Shown here one piece after another: positions 1 through 9,915 of a DNA stretch of 64,000 nt. Origin of the DNA: Antedon mediterranea (taxonomy: Eukaryota > Animalia > Echinodermata); NCBI RefSeq assembly GCF_964355755.1, contig NC_092671.1:18662001-18726000 (forward strand), read 5' to 3'. Every line of letters begins with the position of its first letter. Within the stretch, counting starts at the first letter, position 1. The translations under genes were made by a program, and so were the position numbers. Under the pieces are notes generated by a model. The model ran no database searches. It saw only the letters and a program-made list of their open reading frames with translations, and was not told the DNA's origin.

Positions 1-497
1 ATTAATTTTTATGGAAATTAATTTATAAACAACCTTTTTAACTATTTTCCATAGACTATTAATGTTTAGGCCATATTCAATAAAAGAAAAGGTGTTCTTA
101 TTTATTCCCATAAGGTACAGTGTATTGCTCTTTTACAATACATAGTAAATGTTCCAATTAAAACATTACCAATAGCATACTTTCGTTTCAGTTTTTCCAA
201 TTGAAAGTAAATTTATCCTCATGTTGTAGGTAAAGAATTATTTAATTGTGCATGTAGGCGTGTGGCATAGAAACCTGTCTCCATCCTATTGGCGGAGATA
301 GAAAAAATATTATGAGGAAATAATTGCCGGTAACCATTTGCAGGCGAGGTAAGATCCATACAGAAGTACATGACTGATGAACCCGGTAATGCGTGGTAAA
401 AGATTAGCTATAAGATAGTTAGGTAACTAACAACAGGAAATAGTTTCACGGAGGCTTCACATAACACTCTCAGCCAAGCCTTTGGAGCACGGTAAAT

Positions 498-2051
498 ATG
501 TTTGAATTATGGACTATGGAATTTATCAAGCTATTTAAATTAGCTGTATATTCTTATATAATAATAATAACGTTAAGATGTACTGTAAACAGTCAGACAC
601 TCATTTCTGGCCCATCAGACGTTCGAGCCGCAGTTGGTACAGATGTAATCTTTAAGTGCTCCGCAGCTAATATCGAGTCACCGTCCGCTCTAATCTGGAG
701 AGATTTAAATGACATTGGTTATATTATTAGCTTTGGTGAAAATACATTCAGTTCTCAAATTTACTCAATAGTTGTTTCTGATGGTGGTTTATCATATGAT
801 TTGAAGATCACAGACGTACAGATCAATAATGCTGGAGAATATGAGTGCATATATGGGTATCGTAATGAAAACAATAGGTATTCAATCACACGTTGGACAA
901 CACCTGCTACGGCTACATTAACAGTACTTCAACCACCATCTCCAACTTCTCCTCGGTGTTTGCTATCTCGCAATGAGGCCTTGATTTCAGCTGAGGCACC
1001 ATTATACGTAGGAGAATCCATCAGATTACAGTGTATTTCAGAGGGTCATGGAAGTACATATCCAGCACTCGACATCACGGTATCTAATATCAGTGTTGCT
1101 GCGAGTATTATACTTAACAAATATAACTACAGGGAAGCAGAATCTGAAGACATAATGGTCGAAAATTATGATACCGAATTGAAATGTTATCTTAGTAGCG
1201 AAGCTTTGGAAGAAACAAGAACCTGTACAATAACGCTTAATGTACTTCTTCCTGAAGTGGAAATATATCCAAGTATGCAATCTGTGCAAGAGTCAACTGA
1301 CGTATATTTCCAATGTTGTGCAAGTAACTTTAAGACAACTAATCTGCATTATGAATGGCAGATATCCCCATATGTTCCTGGAGACATCTTTAATTCTAAA
1401 GATTCAATTTTAAACATTACTGACATTTCTCTCAATAACACTTTACTCGAAAAACAAATCTTTAATATCACGTGTTTAGTAACAGAAGATGGTAGGATTT
1501 GGAATGCTGCTACCACTTTGTCCATAACGCGGATTGAGCTACCATCAACTAACCACAACAGTAATAACATTGATGGACATACTAAAACTAATACCACCAG
1601 CGAATCTGAAAATTCAATAGTTGGAGTACTTATAGGAACGGTCGTCGTTGCTATATTTGTCGTATTATTAATTGTTGTATTTGTTTTTAATCGCCAAAAA
1701 TTAAACAGCATAATATTCAGAAATAAAACTATAAACATATCAGTTGATAACACACAATTATATTCGGATGTCCAAAACATGAATACAATTACAACCAATG
1801 CAGATAAAGGGAGAGACTCGTGTGATAATACTGTTTACTATTCATCAGTGCCTAATGATGCCGACAATTACGATAATGTTTGCAACATTAATGAAAATGA
1901 TGAAGCTCTGTATGAGAACAGACCTTTCACACGAGACGTCACAGAACTTAACGTAGAGGGCCTCAACTATGCTGTGTTGGATCTTCAAGAATCGCCATGT
2001 GATATTATAAACACCAATCATACCACCACATATGCCACATTGGAAAATTAA
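498..2051 (+). CDS. Single-exon Ig-superfamily type-I membrane receptor 1 (V-set + 2 Ig domains, TM, ITIM/ITSM-bearing tail)
   Basis: 517-aa ORF; the ATG at 516 is probably the true start because it aligns with the paralogue. Hydrophobic signal peptide; V-set signature FKC..LIW..YDLKI..AGEYEC; two more C..C Ig domains; TM IVGVLIGTVVVAIFVVLLIVVFVF; tail with LYENR, LNYAVL (ITIM consensus) and terminal TTYATL (ITSM-like). Confidence 0.9.
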   Translation: MFELWTMEFIKLFKLAVYSYIIIITLRCTVNSQTLISGPSDVRAAVGTDVIFKCSAANIESPSALIWRDLNDIGYIISFGENTFSSQIYSIVVSDGGLSYDLKITDVQINNAGEYECIYGYRNENNRYSITRWTTPATATLTVLQPPSPTSPRCLLSRNEALISAEAPLYVGESIRLQCISEGHGSTYPALDITVSNISVAASIILNKYNYREAESEDIMVENYDTELKCYLSSEALEETRTCTITLNVLLPEVEIYPSMQSVQESTDVYFQCCASNFKTTNLHYEWQISPYVPGDIFNSKDSILNITDISLNNTLLEKQIFNITCLVTEDGRIWNAATTLSITRIELPSTNHNSNNIDGHTKTNTTSESENSIVGVLIGTVVVAIFVVLLIVVFVFNRQKLNSIIFRNKTINISVDNTQLYSDVQNMNTITTNADKGRDSCDNTVYYSSVPNDADNYDNVCNINENDEALYENRPFTRDVTELNVEGLNYAVLDLQESPCDIINTNHTTTYATLEN

Positions 2052-2479
2052 CTAACACTAACAAAATAGTTGAGTTAATTATAATTCAAGTAATTGTAAA
2101 TAGTTAAACAAGGGACCTTATGCAGTTTATACTTCATGTAGTAATAATGGATATTGGCACGACGCGGTATTTTGAACGATACGTGCCATCAAGTCTAGTT
2201 TAGGCTCGAACGACAATTTAGATATTTGATAAAAAGATAGACATTTTGGCAAACATGGCGTGGCGTTGTAAACTTGAGTAGGCCTACTGTTAAGGAAAAA
2301 ATCACATTAGGACCCTTAATTGGGTATCCGCTGAATAGGGTTTGGATCTAGGCCTAGTTAACGTTTTAACTTCGTTCATCAATGGGAAATTGCCTCCTTG
2401 ATAGATGTGTCCCCAGAGGATGAACTCTACTGTACTATAACAACATAAAACACATTGGAGACTTTGGAGTAAGTGTATG

Positions 2480-2716
2480 AGTATGTTTCAGCATCGACAA
2501 CCATTAGACAGTGTATACCACGTTAAAACACCCCTATTCGGTGTAAATCGTTTAACCTAGATTCATTTTTATAAATAATTGTCTAGCGAAACTTAATTAA
2601 TTTTACATTAGGTGATTAAAATCAGTACCGGAAGTAAGTATGTACTAACTTTCTATAGAATTGAGTAAAGATTCTAGAAGTTACGCGCGAGTTACCATTT
2701 TTTGCCCTTAAAAAGA
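2480..2716 (-). mobile_element. Diverged 5' fragment of the non-autonomous Helitron family found at 37.9-42.6 kb
   Basis: The reverse complement reads A|TCTTTTTAAGGGCAAAA..GGTAAC.CGCGCG..TTCTAGAAT..GGTACTGATTTTAA..ATAGGGGTGTTTT..CGTGGTATACACTGTCTAATGG, collinear with the first ~250 nt of the three Helitron copies. Confidence 0.7.
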
Positions 2717-3226
2717 TATCAGTTATACGTGTATTATACTTTCCATTCTCAGTTTTTGTTATTATTATACGAATAGTAGGCCTAGTCCTTCATAAGTGTT
2801 TTTTATTTCAATTGAATTAAATAGAATGAGATTGATTAAAATACATATTGTATTAACGTTAATTATTATAATTATTTCATTCACGCCCAATGAGTCTTGT
2901 AGTAACTTATTACATTATTGGCATGTGGAGTGTGTGCGCACATGCAGGTTGATATATTTTGGAAAATATATTTTCTATCTGAATATAGTTGAATGTAGGT
3001 TTAATTGTATATGCCTAGCATTGTATATAGCCGTTCATTCATTGCTTTATGTTAAGGGTTTTTCATAGAATAAAACATAGACGGGGAAATTTGAAATTCT
3101 TCTCCTTTTCATTTCTATGAGAATTGTATTCGGCATATATTATATTATAACCGTTCGATTCCGTTGCGAATAATGTTAATATTATGATCTTATAGATTTG
3201 GTACTTAATATGTGTAAATATATTAT

Positions 3227-3376
3227 ACTTCCGGAAACTTTCCCTTATTCTATAAATTGGCGGAGGCGTAATTTTGCAGGAAGTAATCTGGTTTTGAATT
3301 ACTTTCTCAACACTGTATATTCCTTGTCATGCTGTGTATAGACGTGACTGAAACCACGGTAACGGATTTTGTGGTG
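3227..3376 (+). promoter_or_regulatory. Candidate proximal promoter of Ig receptor 2 (ETS, kB-like and Runx-type motifs)
   Basis: ACTTCCGGAAACTTTCCC (ETS core overlapping a kB-like site), ATTGGCGGAG, AGGAAGTAA, TGTGGT. ATTGGCGGAG, AGGAA(A/G)TAA, TGACTGA and GTGGT occur in the same order upstream of receptor 1 (~288-398). Motif matching only. Confidence 0.35.
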
Positions 3377-3527
3377 AAATACTATATTATCTACTTTAAA
3401 TAGTTGTAGATCTATTCTCAACCATCAGCAACTATGCAGGGCTCTGAATGAAGCTATAACGCGTAAATATAAATTTCACGACCAAGCCATTGAAACACGT
3501 CGGTGACTATACTTTCAATTTTTGATT

Positions 3528-5036
3528 ATGGAGTTTGTCAGACTATTTAAAACAGTTGCATATGCTTATATAATAATCTCGTTAATTCCTATAACTGTAA
3601 GTAGTCAATTACTACTCTCTGGTCCTGAAGATGTTCGAGCTGTAGTTGGTACAGATGTAATCTTCAAGTGCTCGGCTTATAATATTGTGTCACCGAATAC
3701 TCTGATTTGGACTGATTTAAAATATGATAACTATATTATAAGCTTTGGTGAAAGTACATTCGGTTCTAAAGTTTACTCAATAATTGTTTCTGGTGGTGGT
3801 TCATACGATTTAAAGATCACTAACGTACAGATCACTGATGCTGGAGACTATGAGTGCACATACGGTTATTACGATTATGAACGTTTATTTTACATCTATT
3901 CATCTTTTTCAACACCTGCTACAGCTACGTTAACAGTACTTCAACCACCATCTGCAACTTCACCTCGGTGTTTGCTATCTCACAATGAGACCGTAATTCC
4001 AGCTGAGACACCATTATACGTTGGAGAATCCATCAGATTACAGTGTATTTCGGAAGGCCATGGAAGTACATATCCAATACTTGGCGTCACGGTATCTGAT
4101 ATTAATGTTGCTGCGAGTACTATACTTCGTGGTTATAACTACACAGCAGTGGAATCCGTAGCCATAACAGTCGGAAATTATGATACCGAATTGAAATGCC
4201 ATCTTAGCAGCGAAGCTTTGGAAGAAACAAGAACCTGTACAATAACGCTTAATGTACTTCATCCTGAAGTGGAAATATATCCAAGTATGCCATCTGTACA
4301 AGAGTTGACTGACGTAAAATTTCAATGTTCTATAAGTAACTTCAAGACAACTAATCTACAGTATGAATGGCAGATCTCGCCATATGTTCCTGGGGACATT
4401 TTTTCTCAAACAGATTCAATTTTTAAAATTACTGACATTTCTCTCAATAACAATTTACTCGAAAAACAAATATTTCACATTGTGTGCTTCGTAAGAGAGA
4501 ATGGAAAGATGTGGAATGCATCTACCAATTTGTCAGTAACGCAGGTAAATACACCTATCACTAATTTTAACAATGATACCAGCAGCGAATCTGAAAAGTC
4601 AGTAGTTGGAATAATTCTAGGAACGGTCGTCGTTGCTATAGTTGTCATACTAATAATAATTGTCTCTGTTCTTAATCGGCAAAAATTAAACAGCATTATA
4701 TCCAGGAATAAAACTATAAACGCATCAGTCAATGACACGCCCTTATATTCTGATGTTCAAAACATGAATACAATTACACCCAATGCAGAGGAAGGGGGAG
4801 ACTCGTGTGATAATTCTGTTTGTTATTCATCAGTGCCTAATGATGCCAACAATTACGATAATGTTTGCAACATAAATGAAAATGATGAAGCTCTATATGA
4901 GAACAGACCTTTCACACAATACGTCACAGAACTTAACGTAGAGGGCCTTAACTATGCTGTGTTGGATCTTCAGGAAACATCACGTGATATAATAAGCACC
5001 AATCATACCACTACATATGCTACACTAGAACATTGA
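3528..5036 (+). CDS. Single-exon Ig-superfamily receptor 2, recent tandem paralogue of receptor 1
   Basis: First ATG at 3528 (the ORF track starts at a TTG, 3522). Collinear with receptor 1 over its full length; DAGDYEC V-set motif, TM, identical LYENR / LNYAVLDL / TTYATL motifs. Confidence 0.9.
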   Translation: MEFVRLFKTVAYAYIIISLIPITVSSQLLLSGPEDVRAVVGTDVIFKCSAYNIVSPNTLIWTDLKYDNYIISFGESTFGSKVYSIIVSGGGSYDLKITNVQITDAGDYECTYGYYDYERLFYIYSSFSTPATATLTVLQPPSATSPRCLLSHNETVIPAETPLYVGESIRLQCISEGHGSTYPILGVTVSDINVAASTILRGYNYTAVESVAITVGNYDTELKCHLSSEALEETRTCTITLNVLHPEVEIYPSMPSVQELTDVKFQCSISNFKTTNLQYEWQISPYVPGDIFSQTDSIFKITDISLNNNLLEKQIFHIVCFVRENGKMWNASTNLSVTQVNTPITNFNNDTSSESEKSVVGIILGTVVVAIVVILIIIVSVLNRQKLNSIISRNKTINASVNDTPLYSDVQNMNTITPNAEEGGDSCDNSVCYSSVPNDANNYDNVCNINENDEALYENRPFTQYVTELNVEGLNYAVLDLQETSRDIISTNHTTTYATLEH

Positions 5037-6898
5037 CAAACAGAACAGTTTAATTAGCAATAATTCAAGTAATATTAATAAATGTTTAGATCGCCTTGTA
5101 GTAAAAAGTATAGTGGCAAGATTTAAACCCGAGTTTTTTTTAAAGAGATAAAATTGAACAATACAATTTCCATTTATATCATATTGTTTTGCTTTGCTTA
5201 TGACAGTGTTAAGAATTACAGTACTTTATATTGTATTTTGTAGTTTGTTGTTTCCATTTTGTTTCATATTTATTGTAGGGGCCCTCATGAAACAAGCTTT
5301 TCTAATAAAGGTCCCAGTTATTCCTAACTGAATAAATGTGGAATGAATTGAATTGAAAAAATATATTATGTGTTTTTTGTTGTATTACTCATATGAGCGA
5401 CCTTGTTTCGATGATGTCGAAATAATTGAAATAGCCAATTATCTGCATCAACATCAATAAACTTTTCCCAACTCAGTAGTTATTGTCTTGTTTATGTTAG
5501 ACCACCAGTCGGCTTTCCGTTTTTTGTCTGAAAATAGTTTACGAGCGCAAATAGTATACGTATGAAACGCCATATGTGCCAAAAAAATTGTATTAATATT
5601 AAGTCAAAACTCTGTCTAGAACCTAGGCTACATCATAAAAAACAAAACTTGACGCCTCCTGTTGCACCTCGTCCACTTCATGAGCTCCTTTCTGAAGCAA
5701 GAGAAATCAAATACTTTACGCTGTCCGTTTAGGCCTACTTACTGTTAAAAACAATTTAATGATCGTGCATTTGTATTTATCATCTTTATTATATCTTGCT
5801 GCACAGTCTTATACCCATTGGATGTTAGTGACATTATTTTTTTAATTGTTACATGAAAAAGCAAGGTAAATTTTCGAAACACTGTTTATATGTTTTACCA
5901 AATAAGATGAATTGCATAATGCAGTTTGGATTCTGACAACATTAACGCTTACTCTAACGCTAAGCCGACTTGGTTATCCAAACAAAGGCAAGTACAGAAC
6001 GAAGATATATCGGAAGTGCTTACTTTATAGGTTGACAGTAATTTTCCGGTATCGATCTGGTGGGTCATGGTTATACGTTAACAATCTATAATTATTTAAA
6101 ATGTTAATACAATAAACATTTTTAAATGTTAAAACATTGTTTTGTAATCACATAATACTGTAAACAAAATGAAGTTAATGATAATTGTTATGTATCAATG
6201 TTACGTTACAGTTTGTCCTTTTATTTATCGAGGCTCAGGGTAATGAACCGCAGTTCACTGATTCGAACCCGGGTTAACGACCAAGGCGTAACCTTGTACG
6301 TCAGTTTAAAAGTGCTGACATAAACTTTCACTTTCTCTATTTTTCATATGATCTTGATTCACAGAATTTGAGAATTTGTTGAGCTTTGCAAACTTCATTA
6401 CCATTAACCATTATAAAACCAATACTTTTATTACAAACAACACCTATGATCAAGTATCACAAACCTCATAATGTAAAAATATGGCTATTTTTAGGGCAGT
6501 TTGGGGTATTTTAAATCGGTGAATAATCATCAATATGTTAATCAATATTTTGGGTTTGACTGATTTCTTTCCACTTACAAAATCATAACCAAATATACTT
6601 TTTTTTAAAGGTGTGGCTGGTGAGCAAATACGTTCAAAGAAGGGACTACCCACCGGAAAAAAATTGAATTGAAAAATAAGATATCAAAATAAATATAGTT
6701 GTATACATAGTACATACAAATACTGAAACTAATTATATATACAGAGACATGCTTTATATTTGAAACTAGAGGCTGTACGTTTACGTTTCAATACGTGTAA
6801 ACAAAATGAAAAACGTTACATATTCGAAACAGTTATAGACACTAACCAATTGATTGATGTTTATTATTTTTTTAGTATGTCAGAAGACATAGAGAATG

Positions 6899-8518
6899 TC
6901 AGAGACTTACTTCAGAGTAAGTTACTTTGCAACAAGTATCATGGATTAATGTTCCAGTGTATGGTAGATCCAGTTCGGCATATTTAATTCTCTCTGCTGT
7001 ACGCGAGGATCTACATTTCATCTCAACTGCAAATTCAGGTGCGTTGCATGTTAACGAAAAGTCTTCGATTGTTTCAGATGGATCTACATTTTCGTAAACA
7101 GTATCTCTTTCTTCACTCACTTCTACCTTAAGATTCGTATACGTTGGCAGGCTTAACTTCGGTTCGCTTGGTGGACTTTCAGCGTACATTTTGCGACGTA
7201 TTTTAACTGACGACGACAAGGTAGATCTATTTGGTGCTGTATATTCTTCTATTGTGTTTTCTTTACCTGATTGATAATCGTGTGGTAAATTAAGTTTGTC
7301 TATTGTGTTTGCTCGTCTTGCTTTGGAATAATTTCGAGGGTTACGATTTACTGTATTACCATGAATTGCTATCGGGTACTCCCTCGCTGTTAGTACTCTC
7401 CTGGATGACGATCTTTTATTAAAAACTCTGCCTTGTTTAGAATTTCTTTTATGAATAAAACATATCGTACATACAATAAAAATTAGAAGAAGCCCTAATG
7501 TACAGCTTATAATTATTGGTAGAACCACTACACCAGATTTTTTATTGACGTATAGAATAGTTGTTGCATTTTGAATTGTTCCACCTCCTGTGACGGTACA
7601 CGTCACTTTAGTGCCATTATACTCAGCGTGAACGTCAGGAATTCTTAATGTTGATGATGTCAATGTAAGTTCTAACAAAGATGAATATTCTGGATAGAAA
7701 TGCCATCTATATTTGAGTTGATTATTCCTAAAGTCGGTTGCGCTACATTTGAGTACCGCAGTCTTTCCCGTTTGTATCATAGGATACTGTGGTGTAAGGG
7801 TAACCTTACCGGGAGGAAGCAAATCTAATTGACACGTTTCAAGCATTCCATCGTCAATACGAAAGCGACATTGAAATGTTGTTTCATTTTCAATGACGTA
7901 GTGACCAGTTGTTTGTACTAACCTTCCTTCTACATAGTTGGGACTAGTCTTAACTTTTTTTCCATTGCGAAGAAGCTTTAACTTTGTATGTGTATTTACA
8001 TGAGAAGTTGTTGTACATGTAAACCTGACTGAGTTCCCGACAAAGAATGTAAGCCCTTCGTCAACTTCAATATTACACTGAACACCTTTCTCTGTTGGTG
8101 AAAGAACTTTCAAGAAAGCTGCAGTATTAGACGCTAACTGAACTGTATTCCCCTTTTCTGTAAAATAGACACATTCATATTTTCCACTATCACTTGCCTG
8201 AGCGTTTACAATCCTTAGATCATAACTTCGATCTCCCGAAACACCGGGTAGGATGGAGAAACGATTACTCTGATCGGAGTTTATCGTATCCAGAATTTCC
8301 CAGTTACTACTGAGATAGTCATTTATCGTAAAACTGTACCATTGGATAAAGTCGCTGTCTTTCCGGCCGTCAACATTACATGAGAGTGTGGTATCAGATC
8401 CTACCCGGATTGTTTGATTGTCTGGCCCTTTTTTCAGGTACAATCCATTGATATTTAAATATAGTGAAAATAAAATCATTAAAAACATACTGAAGTTATA
8501 ACATACATACAGCACCAT
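6899..8518 (-). CDS. Single-exon Ig-superfamily receptor 3 (V + 2 Ig, TM, ITIM-bearing tail)
   Basis: 539-aa ORF: signal peptide; LSC..IQW..YDLRI..DSGKYEC; two more Ig domains; TM VVVLPIIISCTLGLLLIFIVCTICFI; tail with TVYENV, IKYAELDL and terminal VTYSEV. Confidence 0.9.
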   Translation of the reverse strand: MVLYVCYNFSMFLMILFSLYLNINGLYLKKGPDNQTIRVGSDTTLSCNVDGRKDSDFIQWYSFTINDYLSSNWEILDTINSDQSNRFSILPGVSGDRSYDLRIVNAQASDSGKYECVYFTEKGNTVQLASNTAAFLKVLSPTEKGVQCNIEVDEGLTFFVGNSVRFTCTTTSHVNTHTKLKLLRNGKKVKTSPNYVEGRLVQTTGHYVIENETTFQCRFRIDDGMLETCQLDLLPPGKVTLTPQYPMIQTGKTAVLKCSATDFRNNQLKYRWHFYPEYSSLLELTLTSSTLRIPDVHAEYNGTKVTCTVTGGGTIQNATTILYVNKKSGVVVLPIIISCTLGLLLIFIVCTICFIHKRNSKQGRVFNKRSSSRRVLTAREYPIAIHGNTVNRNPRNYSKARRANTIDKLNLPHDYQSGKENTIEEYTAPNRSTLSSSVKIRRKMYAESPPSEPKLSLPTYTNLKVEVSEERDTVYENVDPSETIEDFSLTCNAPEFAVEMKCRSSRTAERIKYAELDLPYTGTLIHDTCCKVTYSEVSL

Positions 8519-8922
8519 CGTGAATCCTTGCTAGAAATGTTCGTTTTTAGAGTGACACGGACAGTGACTAATATGCTAGGGTTTGATTATTTCCGTTTTG
8601 TGGATGTATTATGATTGTCGTAATCTTTAAAAATATACCAAACCCAACAACATCACCTTAATTTAAATTGGACCTAACTCAACTTTAGTAAATTAGTCAC
8701 TACCCGTTGAAGGCCTACTCAAACCCATTTTCTCATAGCGTAGAGAGCGTAGTTGAACCGCCTGGATGTGTGATATTATGATTTGCATTCAATTCATAAG
8801 TCCTAAAACGATACGGTACTGTTTGTAATTCATCATTGTAATTGGATTGAACTAAACAAAAACAAACTATATTTAGGTTCTACAGAACAAAAAGTGGTAC
8901 TGGTTTTACGTGTTTATTTTAA

Positions 8923-9668
8923 AGGCCATGTGCGGGCAAAACATTTCTATTGATTAGAACATTCCAATAATTATCAATCTATAGTTTCCCCCATGTTCCA
9001 TAATTTTTTGGATTTTATTTGTCTTACATGAGTTTGTTGAAAATAAGGAATTTATTATCAGTGGGTGTAGTTCAAATTACACATTAAAATCGCTATTCTT
9101 TTGTACAAAATTTTGTAAATAGAGAGGCATTTTTAAAGCAAGGCCAACAGCCATAAGTCGCGTGCTCTCAGAAAAAAATGAACTTTCAACAAGTAATGTA
9201 CTTTAAAACTTTTCTGTACATCAAAACAGTTCATAAAGTACAGAAAAGCGATAAAACGCATAGTGATAGCGGACCGACAGACAGACCGACAGACCGAAAG
9301 ACCGACCGACCGACATAGTGAACTATAGAGTCTATAGAGAATATGAAAAATAAACTTGAATTTTACGTTTCTGGTAATTTTATTCAACTTCAGAGTTTTA
9401 TTTTTATGCTATAGCAAAAGTTATCCACCGTATATATACCATCTTTTTTCACCTTCTAAGGAGTCACCAGACATGTTATCGCATTAGGTTAAACTACCTA
9501 ACTACTGAAAAAAGGTCTTCCTGGTTTTTATAGCAGAATTTTGCCAAATTTTGTATTTGACCATTTTAAGGGAAATTCATGTTTTTCGTCTTGATTTCTG
9601 TTATAAATATTTGATTTATGTACAATTAACCCGATATTATTTAAAAAATTCATGCTTGTACCTGAGCT
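8923..9668 (+). mobile_element. Non-autonomous DNA transposon, TTAA-flanked (Kolobok-like), interrupted by a Helentron-type element
   Basis: TTAA on both sides (8919-8922, 9669-9672) and weak terminal inverted similarity. A homologous uninterrupted copy lies inverted at ~18621-19188. Superfamily inferred from the TTAA flanks only. Confidence 0.55.
9135..9333 (-). mobile_element. Internally deleted Helentron-associated (HINE/DINE-1-like) element
   Basis: Shares the GACTCTATAGTTCACTATGTCGGTCGG microsatellite head and the GAGCACGCGACT..GGCCTTG tail with the copies at 21149-21790 and 63671-63947. Confidence 0.6.
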
Positions 9669-9915
9669 TTAATGATTAGATTGGGTCATTTTACCCACAT
9701 CATTATTTTCTTTTCATTCTAGAAAGACTAATGGATGTTTATAGTTGTGAAAAAAAAATACATTACAAATACAGATTCATAAAATTGGCTATAGTAGTAA
9801 CTGATTTGCGGAAAAACATTTTTAGATTACAAATACAAATAGGCCTATACATTTTAGAATTCAAAATGTTAATATTATAAAAAAATACAATTTAAAATAT
9901 AAGCAATAATTAATT

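Noticed and set aside
373-400. CTGATGA upstream of receptor 1 as a second hammerhead
   Set aside because: No stem II followed by GAAA and no cleavage triplet in the required arrangement.
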